64,000 bases of DNA from a virus. Made by a program: the position numbers and the translations under genes. The notes beneath the pieces are model-generated. The model did not search any database and was not told the DNA's origin. It saw only the letters and a list, made by a program, of their open reading frames with translations. Of this stretch, positions 52,301 to 60,720 are shown in pieces (position 1 is the first letter of the stretch; every line of letters starts with the position of its first letter). The stretch covers positions 1-64,000 of IMG/VR virus record IMGVR_UViG_3300022602_000051, one strand, 5' to 3'.

Positions 52301-54193
52301 TTTGTGCCTGGTCAAGTTCTTGACACATTGGATATTCGTGTTGTAACACAACCAGTTACAAATGGTGGACCAGATATTAAGATAATTGCTTCAAATTACA
52401 GCGGATCAAAAACATTTAGTTTTGATCCACAAATAACTGGAGTAGAATATCCTGTTGGTGGTATTGAAAAGTTCTATATCATTGATTCAACAATCGGTCC
52501 TATTGCAGAAAATGTAAAGTATAGTGTGGATTATCAAACAAAAACAATTACTATTACATATACTCCACAAACTGGAACATTTTTGTATATCATGATGATT
52601 GGTGCAAATGGTGTAAATCCAGTATATGACCAAGATTATTATGCAGACGGCATTCAAACTGACTTTGATATTCCTGGCTTTACACTTGCAAGTGTTGGTC
52701 AAGCCTATGTCAAAGTGAATGGCACTGCAGTTTCTAACTGGTCACTTGTTGACAAATTAGAAAATGGCAACACTGTATTAGCTGTTCGCTTTACAACTGC
52801 TCCAAATGCTAATGATTTTGTTCAAGTTCACCTATTCAATGTTGCAGTGGGAACACGCGCATATAGTGAATGGTACGAACAAACATTCTCAATCGCATCA
52901 CCTGCTTATCCAAGTGGTTATAATTTTACATTGCAAAATCCAGAAATTTATAACGAACCTATCAGCAGTTATGCAATTGTTCGACTAAATGGCAGTGATT
53001 TGTTACCACCACAACAAAGTTATTATATCGGTGATGGCGTAACAACTGCCTATAGCTTAACTAATAGTTGGGTAGAAAACATTGCTAATATTACTGACGC
53101 TGAAATAATCGTTGTTGTTGATGGCGTTCTGCTTAATCGCGGTATTGATTACACCGTTTATCATGATCCACTTAACATAGCAATGCCAGTCGTTAACTTC
53201 ACAACTGCTCCTTTAGTTGGCACTAGTATTGTTATAAGCGACAGCAGCCAAAGTGATTTTAAAATTTACAATGGAAATCAGTTAACGCTGCGTCCTTACG
53301 TTTCTATTGTTCCAAACAGCATATTAACTATATTAACACAAGGTAATCATAATTCAAATAATCAATATACTAAATTGTTTAGTGGCAGCACAAGCAATAT
53401 AAGTGTTGTTGATAATGGTCTTGACAGCAATGGTTTTGATACAAGCGGTCTTGATAATGAATTAAGCAGCTTTATTGGTGCAGTTTATTATACTCTTCCA
53501 AACAGTGTCAATAACGTAAATGAAATTTATGTTACATTAAAGCAAGCTGGCACAACGGGTGGTCAAGTATTATTGCCATATCGTGACTTTATTCTTGCAA
53601 CTCCAACAACACTGTTGATAAGCAACACAATAAGTGTGAGTGCTAATAGCACTATCACTGTTCGTATCTTTGGTGAACCAGTGCGTGAATACACTGTTGA
53701 ATTCCGTGTATTCAAAGATATGCGTGACAATACTCGTTATTATGGCGTTCATCGCATATCAACAGTATTGACTGCTAATCTTGCACCTACTGATGAATGG
53801 ATATACGTAGAAGACGCAAGTGTTCTGCAAGCACCACAAACTAATACAAACAATGCTGGCATTGCCTTCATTAATGGTGAACGCATTGCATATGGCGTTG
53901 TTGACAGTGTAAACAATAGACTTGGAAACTTGCGCCGTGGAACAAGCGGAACTGGTATAGCTAATCTATATCAAAGTGGAACACTGGTGACAGATAGCAG
54001 CAGCTTGCTTGAAATACCTGGCAGTCAAGAAACTTATAAAACCACACCAATTCCTACATATATATCTAATGGAAACACAAGCATATATGTGCCAGCTAAT
54101 GGAACTATTCGCCAAAGTCCATTGCTAACAACACTTGGTGAAAGTATTCAAATAAGTTCTTCAAATTTTGCACAGTTTATTAGGGCACAATAA
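40325..54193 (+). CDS. Giant (4622 aa) baseplate wedge/virion structural protein in the gp7 position
   Basis: Follows gp6; FG-GAP-like propeller repeats, W....Y..(G/N)D.V carbohydrate-binding-like repeats, GDG.TT.F Ig-like repeats, EVKPYHTK. Confidence 0.75.
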   Translation: MASKRKSINFLPQVFNTLGNKRFLNATMDPLIQEPSLKKIYGYIGEQDQSPVFNKTDYYINESDNYSQFYQLEPGVVINKRQLGTNTYKIDNVYNYVDLLNQISADGGLNNNHDRLFTNRYYSYNGFVDLDKLTNYRQYYWVPGGPLPVDVTANATATQQDFYIHRNSYIANNETELQSAALGETGYSVDGYTNVVNPTITLVRGGVYNFHVNQGTQFWIQTEIGTSGESSVQNNISTRDVLGVANNGDESGTITFSVPLATAQDYLINYPTLTQTVDIIIDGITYDQLQGQNYDTFIQSNSLDGVKSFDGKYVVFTSVTGFTGVDTSQYGGVWQINVDNSATLPNGDVNPDYRNMNLTYIAPWTNLYKVFVSQGDAYGHVYAYKNNVGVITKFPTLSAAQSVLYYCDGENPLVYGTIRLVDPTPNSLLNVNDIIGKTNYTSPNGVQFTTGLKVKFVGLVVPSEYQNNEYIVEGVGSAIKLIKYSDLVTPETINTNLGVSYGNGQGFDADGTGYDGASNSPEEKDYITINRASVDGNSWSRNNRWFHRDVLQYAADLNNISYSFDNTEQAKRPIVEFLPNLKLFNYGTNYRGSVTCIDSVTTNAFSQVEGFNSYAVKTNGVFNSDGIQLLNGVTVMFINDADPTVRATLYQVQNNKTRAPVTSSVLTDGYSPAGSTALYINNLGSIVESQHVTGTGIAPNTTVVYVDTTNSIVYINNPITQEIASGSTIFFDNSYDQIHLVPIKVFANGDTVVAMEGDVNQGNMFYYVDGVWNLAQVRNSRPQFPLFDIINTDSVSLGDLTAYPSSTFTGSKLFGYAIGPSTGTRDSELGFPLVYKSIGNLGDIVFQNYYQTDTFDYNLNQIDQKVNVDVGYAAVINGFNDYTFANGWYRVSDKSKQYISQVFNATEISLNNFDLGVVYENSYYENNIFVYVNGELQSNSTYTLKTSATTSLIVFNQDLNAGDRVFVKVYGLTNQYKQTYTMPRNLTNNSENTEFTTITLGQLRNHLIEIGDNLLNLVGEPAGANNFRDLNFNYVGGKLLQHSASMRPAALLIANSDVDPVQIIRYAADSYNIFKNQLLNYISNTQFPDPTNYRACLDLILNQFYALGNSSSPFYYTDMAPSGTNYINSTYTVQNTNYRSFGLTKTYDAFTKNFASVMVYWNGTLLINNHDYIITNKTITIASSVDLVRGDTIAINEYASTLGCNIPATPTKLGIYPKFEPQIVSDDTYVPAEVQENFEYTVSGIIGHDGSFTVAWGDYRDNILLEFEKRVYNNITTTYANDSDVDLPSIVPGAFRLTDYSIGEWTQLLAPAYLRWANSNNVDIFTNNTATGNPFTWNYSSGVDKLFYTNVPGYWRGIYNYFYDTDRPHTNPWEMLGFSEQPSWWENRYGPAPYTSANTVLWGDLELGFIYGGNPNASYIDSRYSRPGLSQIIPVDEHGNLIAPNLSVITRYDANLATQNWTVGDQSPAETAWRRSSDYPFAVMIAWFLARPAEWAALKYNTRDLAYNASLNQYINSNTNNRVFDFSVTNASNYIPGYNVWLQDYLVSNNLDVTENWLNVVNNSTFNLVYKMGAYTDKSYLTVVADQVSPQSTNSSVIIPQENYRVKVTKSAPVARAIYSAVVVQKTTDGYQLSGFDKERPYFLTIPSLVSANNYGITVGNDTAIIYMDASPGIVSYPYGTVFNTKQQVVDFFVSYGRYLESQGFSFQDFLSDNTTKQDWTLAAKEFLFWDQQSWGTNTVISVTPTGTSLTFNSSYGVVDTISNTNNYTKVIDSDNTTLTGRDYRVYRDDNDFSITLKNTQKGIHLLDIAIVQYEHTLIFDNTTVFNDILYDEQTGSRQFRLRIDGSKTQDWNGSLYAPGFFVNVSDIPEWAPYTDYYTGDIVLFKTQYYAAQNFVPGSASFKSSDWYVINGDLLSKDLIPNMASGAAQFINFHDPDATDLNSAADALSKSETGFSPRQYFTDLGLDTTTQYKFYLGMIAQKGTQAVINAYLRNYQPRIDSDIKLNEQWAIKLDNYGGTNQNDKLEFNIGNATSINNQYLFQLIQDTDNRSSDYNSVKPSDLLYKPRNYTTDIFALTEPRLPIIPTAGPVNTNDVSATVFDISKIYNISGLSPILGESSKVWIAADSANQWGVYRLSQTNNLVVTYVSQVTPTELQFTTSAPHYLSQYDYVMIKNGRIVSATSSTAIVDMSGFYRVSSVGNNTFNVKITNNVTIGNGNLSAQLYKLVNVRYTTGNDFANFTPARGWATNEIVYIDNGPDGYNVIQNTNNWAYNQTKSPVFTAPSDNFGSSIKINDTQGFAVVGASQKNGSGSAFVYGKAQDNTWQEYGVLTPYSVVGNATVVDSRIGGFGSNVDINTNDIAFISAPTAQKGAVYVANVNSQQNDLTQVIHYDNLYVISAGISQSNSYLLVSNVSTFDATANIAVQANYSLANFANGMTVAVPGTTTNVQIANLSYGYPYHKIGLTANLATLGVTIPGYSKVAIYPNVTPQSQLGYSISASGDGNWLYVGEPNTNSVYVYKYANVATAYTNRIGDGSTTSFSYPPGAPATASALDIKVYVNSVLQIPNLDYIKTPGQAVITFDVPPASGAAIYISYESHYVETNRIVTDDPQASGFGTSVSTNYDGSVVVIGAANSAATFTSTYTNAGKIYIFDRTAEEFIANGAVSTFQLSNAFAGLTTITTPSLITNPYVSVDGVDVTDSSTINYATNQITFAETPANGSVIRVESNQFINTKIATTDSGQNNSYYGTAVKMSHDGSSVFASATGYGLTSSQNGVVFYLVDVPQKYGTAVGTASNFTIAANSSIRINDYLVTFGVHKNPPFITTYYDSDVYQAASAINSANIPHVSATVLANNAISISSSDITSAAKLRLRNEYGNVLNTMGITQWQTVQRLSNPIAQDTAYFGEILSLSPDGRSLVVGSTLSNTKTTTTFDSQTTTFDSASVRFIDTVYRSGAAHVYEYQALADENYSSYGSFAYATLLNDQFAKSYDRYGSGVDVSTNYIMVGAPHANILNNPTGAMYVYYNRNAQPVWQTIRSGGVDYDSRKIDRVYIYNSTTATLIAELPVYDLINGFLPNESETYIDYTVNYDPAVYNQVPTTISFNYDRKNAWGKERVGKLWWDTNSIKYYDNSQGSVLDRFNYWGLAFPASTVNVYEWVESLVPPSQYIGKSPINTPLYTVNDVYTSAVEIDSATGQAVTKYYFWVKNSNLSNSNRPSAFEIQGYLSSPRAISEPFAAVISPNSLAVFNASSLISFDTNLAIEYKTEQKPQLIHTEWTLFDDGTDLGVATEFLNKLNDSLTGQDSSGRIIPDPKLPIGQKYGMSVVPRQSLFKEQYTGRQLFIENINGVCATYPMVLTRPEAIIALNYFEPLPDITQYKTQVANITELGYLNKEVYKPGDRVLVVSDSNNYTNGWSLYQLNYVSPDTRSWEIVQVQTYNVNSYWSYADWYSTNYNPNLLPTYTVNTDNDIANLKLNVNDTIYVTNSSSGGWKLVLVNSNNLELLAQQNATIQFNENLYNLVAANQGFQTSSFQNVGFDADSNLEFNYIFDVIQNKLLISEYRSEYKAAIKLMIDTIATQHQQTDWMMKTSFVDIYHRVRGLDQLPVYLPQPESTVTDFFSEVKPYHTKLKQYIATYDNSDAIDYAYASTTDFDLQPYKNSTINKYRSPQLGNSLDTNALTNQAVYQPWVQNHTYSIERIDMVDIGAGYDATTTVTIVGDGTGAKATAYILNNTVYTITVTDPGVGYTYANVLIHGVGTGASAVAIIGGGLARNIDTHIKYDRYTYFNSIQDWAANTAYTLNTVVVYSEQPYRVTVAHTSGTTFDATKFVPLVVKVWYPQTQYALNDVVIYQNTAYTANAEFTSALTFDTANLTPYSGVWLDNACDRVWAYYSPMSGMAGRDLAQVMTGINYDANQIIGPNFNQTPGYDVTNYDYISYDYETFNAENVADTYGPQAEDTYIQSFFTDSGLGLRPQDINIVGGDFIDAYSSHAPEEFVPGQVLDTLDIRVVTQPVTNGGPDIKIIASNYSGSKTFSFDPQITGVEYPVGGIEKFYIIDSTIGPIAENVKYSVDYQTKTITITYTPQTGTFLYIMMIGANGVNPVYDQDYYADGIQTDFDIPGFTLASVGQAYVKVNGTAVSNWSLVDKLENGNTVLAVRFTTAPNANDFVQVHLFNVAVGTRAYSEWYEQTFSIASPAYPSGYNFTLQNPEIYNEPISSYAIVRLNGSDLLPPQQSYYIGDGVTTAYSLTNSWVENIANITDAEIIVVVDGVLLNRGIDYTVYHDPLNIAMPVVNFTTAPLVGTSIVISDSSQSDFKIYNGNQLTLRPYVSIVPNSILTILTQGNHNSNNQYTKLFSGSTSNISVVDNGLDSNGFDTSGLDNELSSFIGAVYYTLPNSVNNVNEIYVTLKQAGTTGGQVLLPYRDFILATPTTLLISNTISVSANSTITVRIFGEPVREYTVEFRVFKDMRDNTRYYGVHRISTVLTANLAPTDEWIYVEDASVLQAPQTNTNNAGIAFINGERIAYGVVDSVNNRLGNLRRGTSGTGIANLYQSGTLVTDSSSLLEIPGSQETYKTTPIPTYISNGNTSIYVPANGTIRQSPLLTTLGESIQISSSNFAQFIRAQ

Positions 54194-54873
54194 TGAAAAA
54201 ACCAGAGGTAATTAAACCAATAAATACTAACAACAATAAAAACGGAAGTGAAAAGATGAATCGTCCTAATGAAACAGGTGGAATTGTGGTAAGTGGTCAT
54301 ATTAAGATATTTGACCCTAATAGTGGAGAAGTATTTGTAAACAAACGCAATGCAATCCATTATGAAAATTTTTCACTTGCACTTGCACAAAGTATCAGCA
54401 ATAGCCAACAAGGTTGGATTAGCGAAATGGCGTTTGGTAACGGCGGCACATCCGTGGACCCAACTGGCGTTATTACATATTTGCCCACTAATACTACAGG
54501 CAGCAACAGTTCACTTTACAATCAAACATATTATAAAGTTGTTGACAATTATAGTAACTATAATACTGATCCAACACGCAATAATATTAGTATTCGTCAT
54601 ACTGCTGGCACAGTTTATAGTGATATCTTTGTTACTTGCACACTTGACTATGGTGAGCCAAGTGGACAACAAGCTTTTGATAACAGCACAAATATCAATG
54701 ATACCTTTGTTTTTGATGAACTTGGATTAAAAGCTTGGAATGGAACTGTTGATACTGGTAACCTTTTAACGCATGTTATCTTCCATCCAATTCAAAAAAG
54801 TTTGAATCGTTTAATTCAAATTGATTATACAGTTCGTGTTCAAACCCTTACAAATCTAACATCACAGGCGTAA
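54193..54873 (+). CDS. Baseplate/virion structural protein
   Basis: GHIKIFD, MAFGNGG, FDELGL, HPIQKSLNR; internal TAAATA (54221-54226) suggests the true start could be ATG 54256. Confidence 0.7.
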   Translation: MKKPEVIKPINTNNNKNGSEKMNRPNETGGIVVSGHIKIFDPNSGEVFVNKRNAIHYENFSLALAQSISNSQQGWISEMAFGNGGTSVDPTGVITYLPTNTTGSNSSLYNQTYYKVVDNYSNYNTDPTRNNISIRHTAGTVYSDIFVTCTLDYGEPSGQQAFDNSTNINDTFVFDELGLKAWNGTVDTGNLLTHVIFHPIQKSLNRLIQIDYTVRVQTLTNLTSQA

Positions 54874-54876
54874 CCG

Positions 54877-55821
54877 ATGACATTTTATATTAACTATACC
54901 AACGGTGCAAACTTAACAGCTATCAGTGACGGTACAATCAATACTAACAGCACAAGTATAACTCTTATCGGTAAAAACTTTCCAACCTATGGTCAGCTAT
55001 TAAATCAAGACCTTGTGAGCATGTTAGAAAACTTCTCTAACACAACAAGTCCAAACAATCCACTTGTTGGGCAACTATGGTATGATAGCGGAAATAATCT
55101 GCTTAAGTTCTATCGTGGTGGAACTGCAAATAATTACTGGCAAACTATTCCAAATTTATTATATAACGCAACAACACCAACCAGTCCACAACAAAGTGAT
55201 TTTTGGTGGGATGCAACTAACCAACAGCTAAAGTTTTATGACCAAATGAATTGGATTACAGTTGGTCCACAAACTACCAATGATGGTCTCAACCGTGTTA
55301 GTGGAACCAACAGCTTTATTGTGCAGATTGGTGGCAATAATGTATTCACAGTAGATGCTTATGGTCGTGTAAATGCAGCTTATAATCCAGTTGTTCAAGG
55401 CACTGGTTTATCTGGCAATGTTGTTTTTACTGGTAGTGGTTTGTCCACGCCTTCTACAATGGTTCCAAGTGCAGTTCCTATCAATATTGGCAGCTATTTT
55501 AATACTGGAACTGGTGTCTTTACTTGCCCAGTTGCTGGTATCTATTTTGTTACTGCAACTGCCACAAGTCTTGGATATGGCAGTTCTGCGCCAGATACAA
55601 CACAATCAATTACTTGGTGGAAGAACCAAAGCCCAGTTAATATTGCATCGGTCGTTAAAAATCCATCAAGTTTACAAAGTGATACATTCAATATTCAAAT
55701 GGTTGCAACAGGTTATATTCAATGTAATGCGGGTGATATCTTGCAATGTGTTATGGCTGCTAATGCTGGCGGACAAATTGACTATAACAACGCAACTCTG
55801 GGTATAAGATTAGTTGGCTAA
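54877..55821 (+). CDS. Tail fibre/appendage protein with C-terminal C1q-like domain
   Basis: Shared N-terminal anchor (TSITLIGKN..YG...LENF...GQLWYD); NIGSYFNTGTGVFTCPVAGIYFV C1q motif. Confidence 0.75.
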   Translation: MTFYINYTNGANLTAISDGTINTNSTSITLIGKNFPTYGQLLNQDLVSMLENFSNTTSPNNPLVGQLWYDSGNNLLKFYRGGTANNYWQTIPNLLYNATTPTSPQQSDFWWDATNQQLKFYDQMNWITVGPQTTNDGLNRVSGTNSFIVQIGGNNVFTVDAYGRVNAAYNPVVQGTGLSGNVVFTGSGLSTPSTMVPSAVPINIGSYFNTGTGVFTCPVAGIYFVTATATSLGYGSSAPDTTQSITWWKNQSPVNIASVVKNPSSLQSDTFNIQMVATGYIQCNAGDILQCVMAANAGGQIDYNNATLGIRLVG

Positions 55822-55850
55822 CCAATAAATAATAGTGTTGGGATTTAGCT

Positions 55851-57452
55851 ATGACTTATAGTGTAAAAAATAGTGCAGGTACAGTTACATACAATGTTGC
55901 AGACGGTGCAGCTAATACAAATGCTATAAGCTTAACTTTTATGGGTAAAGGTGAAACCAATTATGGCACCTACCTTAACGAAAACTTTCTTTGGCTTTTA
56001 GAAAATTTTAGTAATAATAGTTCAAATCCACCAGCACTTCCTGTTCAAGGACAGTTATGGTGGGATAGCACTTATAAATTTTTAAATGTTTATGATGGCA
56101 GTAAGTGGAATACAGTTTATGGAAACCTTGCTACATTAACTGTTAACGGCGCAGTATCAAGCAGTTCTGTTACTGCTGCCACAATAGGTAATAGTATAAC
56201 CACTTATACAGGTGTAAGTGCAAATCTTGTTGGTGGAGTTACAAGTGTTGGACAAAACTTTAATGCAAATCCTGTAAGCACAGACGCTGGTAGAATATTT
56301 GGGGTCTATAATCTTAACTATATGCCAGGCGCAAGTTATAGCCCTTCTGATAATCGTATTTTTGATTTTGGCGTCACTACTGGTAATATTGCATATGTTA
56401 GAACAAATGGTTCTAATGGAGTACAATGGTATGCGGCTGGTAATGGAACGAGTTTTAATAATGCATTACTACCATTAAGTAACACAAGCATAAATTTTGG
56501 AAGTGCAACTAATTACTGGAATAACATTTATGCGGCTAATGGAACAATTCTTACAAGTTTAGGAGTTGGAACAAGTTCGCCGCTGTATACACTTGATGTA
56601 AAGAGTCCAAGTGGCGAGTACCGAACGGCTATTTTTGAAACAGCAAGCACACTTGGTCCATCAATTCAAATTAAAGGTAGTAAGATTTATGAATTAAGAA
56701 GCACTGATGTTGGAGCGAGTGAAGGTGCTGGTTTATTCTTTATCTATGATAAAGATAATAATATTTCTCGCTTAACTGTTAATAGTAACGGGTATGTTGG
56801 TATCGGTGGAATAACATCTCCAACTGCACCATTAGATGTAAATGGTAATATTACTGCAAGAACTGCAAATATCTATGCGGGAAATCTTATTGCTAATACT
56901 GCTATATATAGTGCATCATATTATTGGGCAAACGGCACACCATTTGTAAGTTCAAATTATGGCAATACACAAGTTGCTGGTTACCTTGGTGTTGTTGCAA
57001 CAAGCATTGTTCCTTCTGTTAGCAATACCTATACTTTAGGTAGTTCAACAAATTGGTGGACTACATCCTATACGCAAAGCGTTCAGGCAAAATACGCTGA
57101 CTTGGCCGAAAAATATTTGACAGATCAAGATTATCCTATTGGAACTGTTGTAATGGTAGGCGGCGATGCAGAAGTTACACAACATGATGGTCGCGCCGTT
57201 CGTGCTGTTGGAACAGTAAGTCAAAACCCAGCTTATATGATGAATGATGGTCTTGAAGGCGGAACTTATATTGCACTTAAAGGACGAGTTCCTGTTCGTG
57301 TAATTGGTCCAGTGCAAAAAGGTCAATCACTGCGTGGCGCACCGTGGGGTGTTGCTATGGCAGAAGAAATGAGCAGCGCATATACATTTGCTATTGCATT
57401 GGAAACAGTTGCAGACCCAATTCAAACTATAATTGAGGCAGTTATACTATGA
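55851..57452 (+). CDS. Tail fibre protein with C-terminal chaperone-like domain
   Basis: Same N-terminal anchor; GIGT.SP-type repeats; [10 protein letters not shown]...[13 protein letters not shown]; TAAATA at 55826-55831. Confidence 0.78.
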   Translation: MTYSVKNSAGTVTYNVADGAANTNAISLTFMGKGETNYGTYLNENFLWLLENFSNNSSNPPALPVQGQLWWDSTYKFLNVYDGSKWNTVYGNLATLTVNGAVSSSSVTAATIGNSITTYTGVSANLVGGVTSVGQNFNANPVSTDAGRIFGVYNLNYMPGASYSPSDNRIFDFGVTTGNIAYVRTNGSNGVQWYAAGNGTSFNNALLPLSNTSINFGSATNYWNNIYAANGTILTSLGVGTSSPLYTLDVKSPSGEYRTAIFETASTLGPSIQIKGSKIYELRSTDVGASEGAGLFFIYDKDNNISRLTVNSNGYVGIGGITSPTAPLDVNGNITARTANIYAGNLIANTAIYSASYYWANGTPFVSSNYGNTQVAGYLGVVATSIVPSVSNTYTLGSSTNWWTTSYTQSVQAKYADLAEKYLTDQDYPIGTVVMVGGDAEVTQHDGRAVRAVGTVSQNPAYMMNDGLEGGTYIALKGRVPVRVIGPVQKGQSLRGAPWGVAMAEEMSSAYTFAIALETVADPIQTIIEAVIL

Positions 57453-58738
57453 GAGGTTTATTTCTTAATACAAGAATAAATGCAGGCAGTGCAACCTATA
57501 ATAGTAGCGGAAACTTTGTTACGCCATATAAAGTAAGAACAGTATCATTTAGTGGACACGGCGGTAATGGTGGAAACGGTGGTTCTGGCGGTCAAGGTGG
57601 ACAAGGCGGTCAAGGCGGCACTGGTTTTTCTGGTAATGCGGGCAATAATGGAACTGCTGGTAACGGTGGAACAGGCGGTGCTGGTGGATATGGTGGCACA
57701 GGCGGAAACGGTGGTTCAGGTAATGGAAACTGCACAGCACCTGGCAATGGTGGTTCTGGCGGTAGTCCAGGCGGCGTTTCTGGTAACAGTGGTAACAAAG
57801 GCAGAAGTTCTTATAACCAATTTGGTAATGGTGGTAATGGCGGTAGTGCATACTGTACTACTGGTGGCAGTGGTGGTGCTGGTGGACGTGCTGGTGACAA
57901 TCAATGCGGCGGTTATACCCCTTCTGGCGGTGGCGGCGGTGGCGGAGGCGGATACGGCTCACCTGGCAATGCTGGCAATAGTGGTAATGCTGGTGCAAAT
58001 GGTAATAGTGGAAGTGCTGGTAACAGTGGCGGCAATGGTGGAAGCGGCGCTACTGGAAATAGCGGTGGCAGCGGAAACGCAACACAGTTTGGTAATATAG
58101 TATCATTTAGCGGAACATCTGGCGGTGCTGGTGGCAATGGTGGAACTGGTGGTGCTGGTGGCAACGGTGGCGCTGGTGGTAATGGCGGCGCAGCAGGTAA
58201 TGCAGGAACATCTGGTAATGCTGGCGGAACAGGTGGTGCAGGCGGCGGAGGCGGAGGCGGCGGTTCTTCTGGATGGCGTGATGGCGCACAAGGCGGTTAT
58301 GCTGGTAACGCTGGCAGCGGAGGCACAAGTCCTGGTAATGGTGGTGGTGGCGGTGCTGGCTTTGGTCAAGGCGGTAGTGGCAACGCTGGTGGCAGTGGTG
58401 CAAGTGGAAACGCAGGCAGCAATGGATATGGCGCAACAAATGGAAATGCTGGCAGTGCTGGTGGTAATGGTTCAAATGGCGCAAGTGGCAACGCTGGTGC
58501 GTCTGCATCTATAAACAACACAAGTAATGCCAATGGAACAATTGTTCCATTTACAACATATGCAGTAACTGTTGGCAGCGGCGGCAGTGCTGGAACTGGT
58601 GGCAGCGGTGGCAGTGGCGGAAGTGGCGGCACTGGTGCTTCAACTGGTTCAAGTGGAAATAGCGGTTCTACTGGTGCAAGTGGTAATGCTGGTAACAGTG
58701 GAACAATTACAATTTCTTGGCCTAATCAGGGTCTATAA
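57449..58738 (+). CDS. Glycine-rich (Gly-X-X repeat) virion-associated protein
   Basis: Long GNG/GNA/GSG triplet tracts between short beta-strand termini; ATGA overlap with upstream fibre gene. Confidence 0.7.
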   Translation: MRGLFLNTRINAGSATYNSSGNFVTPYKVRTVSFSGHGGNGGNGGSGGQGGQGGQGGTGFSGNAGNNGTAGNGGTGGAGGYGGTGGNGGSGNGNCTAPGNGGSGGSPGGVSGNSGNKGRSSYNQFGNGGNGGSAYCTTGGSGGAGGRAGDNQCGGYTPSGGGGGGGGGYGSPGNAGNSGNAGANGNSGSAGNSGGNGGSGATGNSGGSGNATQFGNIVSFSGTSGGAGGNGGTGGAGGNGGAGGNGGAAGNAGTSGNAGGTGGAGGGGGGGGSSGWRDGAQGGYAGNAGSGGTSPGNGGGGGAGFGQGGSGNAGGSGASGNAGSNGYGATNGNAGSAGGNGSNGASGNAGASASINNTSNANGTIVPFTTYAVTVGSGGSAGTGGSGGSGGSGGTGASTGSSGNSGSTGASGNAGNSGTITISWPNQGL

Positions 58739-58752
58739 ACACGGAGACGAAA

Positions 58753-59061
58753 ATGAGTATTATTAAAATTAAAGATATTTGTTTATGCACTGGTTTAACC
58801 AAAGACAATAACGAAAATCGTGAAGCTTATGATTGGTTAACCGCAAACGGAGTTCCTTTTAAACTTCTTGCATATAACGATCCTGCACAACACCCAGATG
58901 TATTTGCAAGTATACAAACGTGGGTTAGTGATAAAAATATCAACACATTTCCATTAGTTCATTATCACGAAGTTGATGACCAGTATAATATTACAGGCGT
59001 TGTTCTTGTAGGATTAGCTGAAATTCAAGCAAGCAACATAGTAGAATTAAGCAAACTCTAA
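58753..59061 (+). CDS. Hypothetical protein, possibly glutaredoxin-like fold without CxxC
   Basis: GGAG RBS; AYDWL..NGVPF...TFPLV pattern. Confidence 0.5.
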   Translation: MSIIKIKDICLCTGLTKDNNENREAYDWLTANGVPFKLLAYNDPAQHPDVFASIQTWVSDKNINTFPLVHYHEVDDQYNITGVVLVGLAEIQASNIVELSKL

Positions 59062-59270
59062 TGGACAATGACATAGACATTCGCAGACTGCAGATTGTCA
59101 TGTCGTGTTATGATAAATTGCCGCCTGAATTGCGTCAGTGGATAGCAAATTTAGACTTTTCTTTGCATGATGACCATATTTTGCGTGGTCTTAAAGAGAT
59201 AGAACGCTGCAAAATTTATGTTGAAGGCAACGGAGAGATAAGTTATTATAGTGGCAATGGTCAAAATTAA
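59061..59270 (+). CDS. Small hypothetical protein (DUF6525-like)
   Basis: MSCYDKLPPELRQWIA motif; TAATG coupling. Confidence 0.55.
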   Translation: MDNDIDIRRLQIVMSCYDKLPPELRQWIANLDFSLHDDHILRGLKEIERCKIYVEGNGEISYYSGNGQN

Positions 59271-59275
59271 TAACT

Positions 59276-59995
59276 ATGTTCAAATCATTTTTTGGTGATA
59301 ATAAAGAAGTAAGATTTAGTTGCGCCGATGAATATTGGGATGTAATTCCAAAACCATATTCTGCACGTAAATTTATACCAGATTGGTACAAATCATTGCC
59401 AATGAAAATAAACAATGAGGAACGCTTGAATAACAACACAGTTAAACGCTGCGTTCCTTTTTTTGATGCAATGAGCATAGGTTATATTATTCCGCTATCA
59501 GCAGATGTTTGGTTTAAATCAAATGATGATTGCAGTGGGCTTGAATGGGATAGCCAATTTCCAGACCCGCTGATTAGACAGCATAGTAAAGAACAAATTA
59601 GCGGCGGCAGCGTTCGTAATCCCAAAGATCATATACCACCAATGAAATTTGTATCGCAATGGATTATTGAAACACCGCCTGGTTGGAGCACATTGTTTAT
59701 TCCGCCAATAAATCGCAGAGACGAACGATTTGAATGTATGGGTGGTTTAGTTGATACTGACAACTACTTTAACAATATACAGTTGCCATTCTTTTTTACA
59801 AAACCAAACTATGATGGCATTATCAAAGCAGGCACTCCGTTAGTTCAGGCTATCCCAGTTAAGCGCAGCGAATATCTTTCTAAAGCAAAAGTTGAAAAAT
59901 TTTCCGATAACGATTATAAAAGATTGAATAAAACAAAATTAAAGATAAGTTCGCACGAGAGTTATTATCGTGATGAAGTTGTAGAGAAGAAATAA
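59276..59995 (+). CDS. Conserved phage protein (DUF6065-like), paralog 1
   Basis: KRCVPFFDAM..GYIIPL, TPPGWSTLF, GLVDTD.Y, IKAGTPL.Q.IP. Confidence 0.65.
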   Translation: MFKSFFGDNKEVRFSCADEYWDVIPKPYSARKFIPDWYKSLPMKINNEERLNNNTVKRCVPFFDAMSIGYIIPLSADVWFKSNDDCSGLEWDSQFPDPLIRQHSKEQISGGSVRNPKDHIPPMKFVSQWIIETPPGWSTLFIPPINRRDERFECMGGLVDTDNYFNNIQLPFFFTKPNYDGIIKAGTPLVQAIPVKRSEYLSKAKVEKFSDNDYKRLNKTKLKISSHESYYRDEVVEKK

Positions 59996-60720
59996 TGTTT
60001 AAATCATTCTTTACTAAAGATAAAACTATTGAATTTACCTGTGGTGAAGAATTATGGGATGTAATTCCAAAACCTTATGCTTCACGAAAATTTATTCCAG
60101 ATTGGTTCAAAGCACTGCCTATGAATCTTGGACCAGAACAAAACGTTGCGGACCATTTTGAAAACAGCACTATTAAAAAATGCATGCCTTTTCTTGACGC
60201 CATGACTGCTGGTTATATTATTCCACTTGCTGCTGATGTAGAATTTGAATCAAATGCAGACGCAACTGGTGTTAGTTGGTTTACAAAATTTCCTTTTTCA
60301 GTAATTGAAAAGCATGGCAAGGACCAAATTACAAGCGACAAGTCTCCTAATCCTATGGCACATATGCCACCATTAAAGTTCATAAACTTTTGGAAAATTA
60401 AAACGCCACCAGGTTGGAGCACACTATTCTTACCGCCACTTAACAGACCTGACCCACGATTTGTTTGTTATAGTGGCTTGGTGGATACTGACAATTATGA
60501 TAATGTTGTAAACTTTCCTTTCTTTTTTACGCAACCTAACTTTTTAGGTGTAATTAAAGCTGGCACACCACTTATTCAAGCTATTCCTATTAAGCGCGAA
60601 AGTTTAAAAACTACGACACGAGCAATGACACCCAAAGAAGAAGAAAATCTTGTTAAGTTTCAAAATAGATTAAAATATAAAAAAGGTTTATACAAAGACG
60701 ATATAGTGGAGAAAAAGTAA
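59995..60720 (+). CDS. Conserved phage protein (DUF6065-like), paralog 2
   Basis: Co-linear paralog of 59276..59995. Confidence 0.65.
   Translation: MFKSFFTKDKTIEFTCGEELWDVIPKPYASRKFIPDWFKALPMNLGPEQNVADHFENSTIKKCMPFLDAMTAGYIIPLAADVEFESNADATGVSWFTKFPFSVIEKHGKDQITSDKSPNPMAHMPPLKFINFWKIKTPPGWSTLFLPPLNRPDPRFVCYSGLVDTDNYDNVVNFPFFFTQPNFLGVIKAGTPLIQAIPIKRESLKTTTRAMTPKEEENLVKFQNRLKYKKGLYKDDIVEKK

Noticed and set aside
57549-58766. Many overlapping alternative-frame ORFs (His-, Pro- or Val-rich)
   Set aside because: Shadows of the GGN-rich glycine repeat gene
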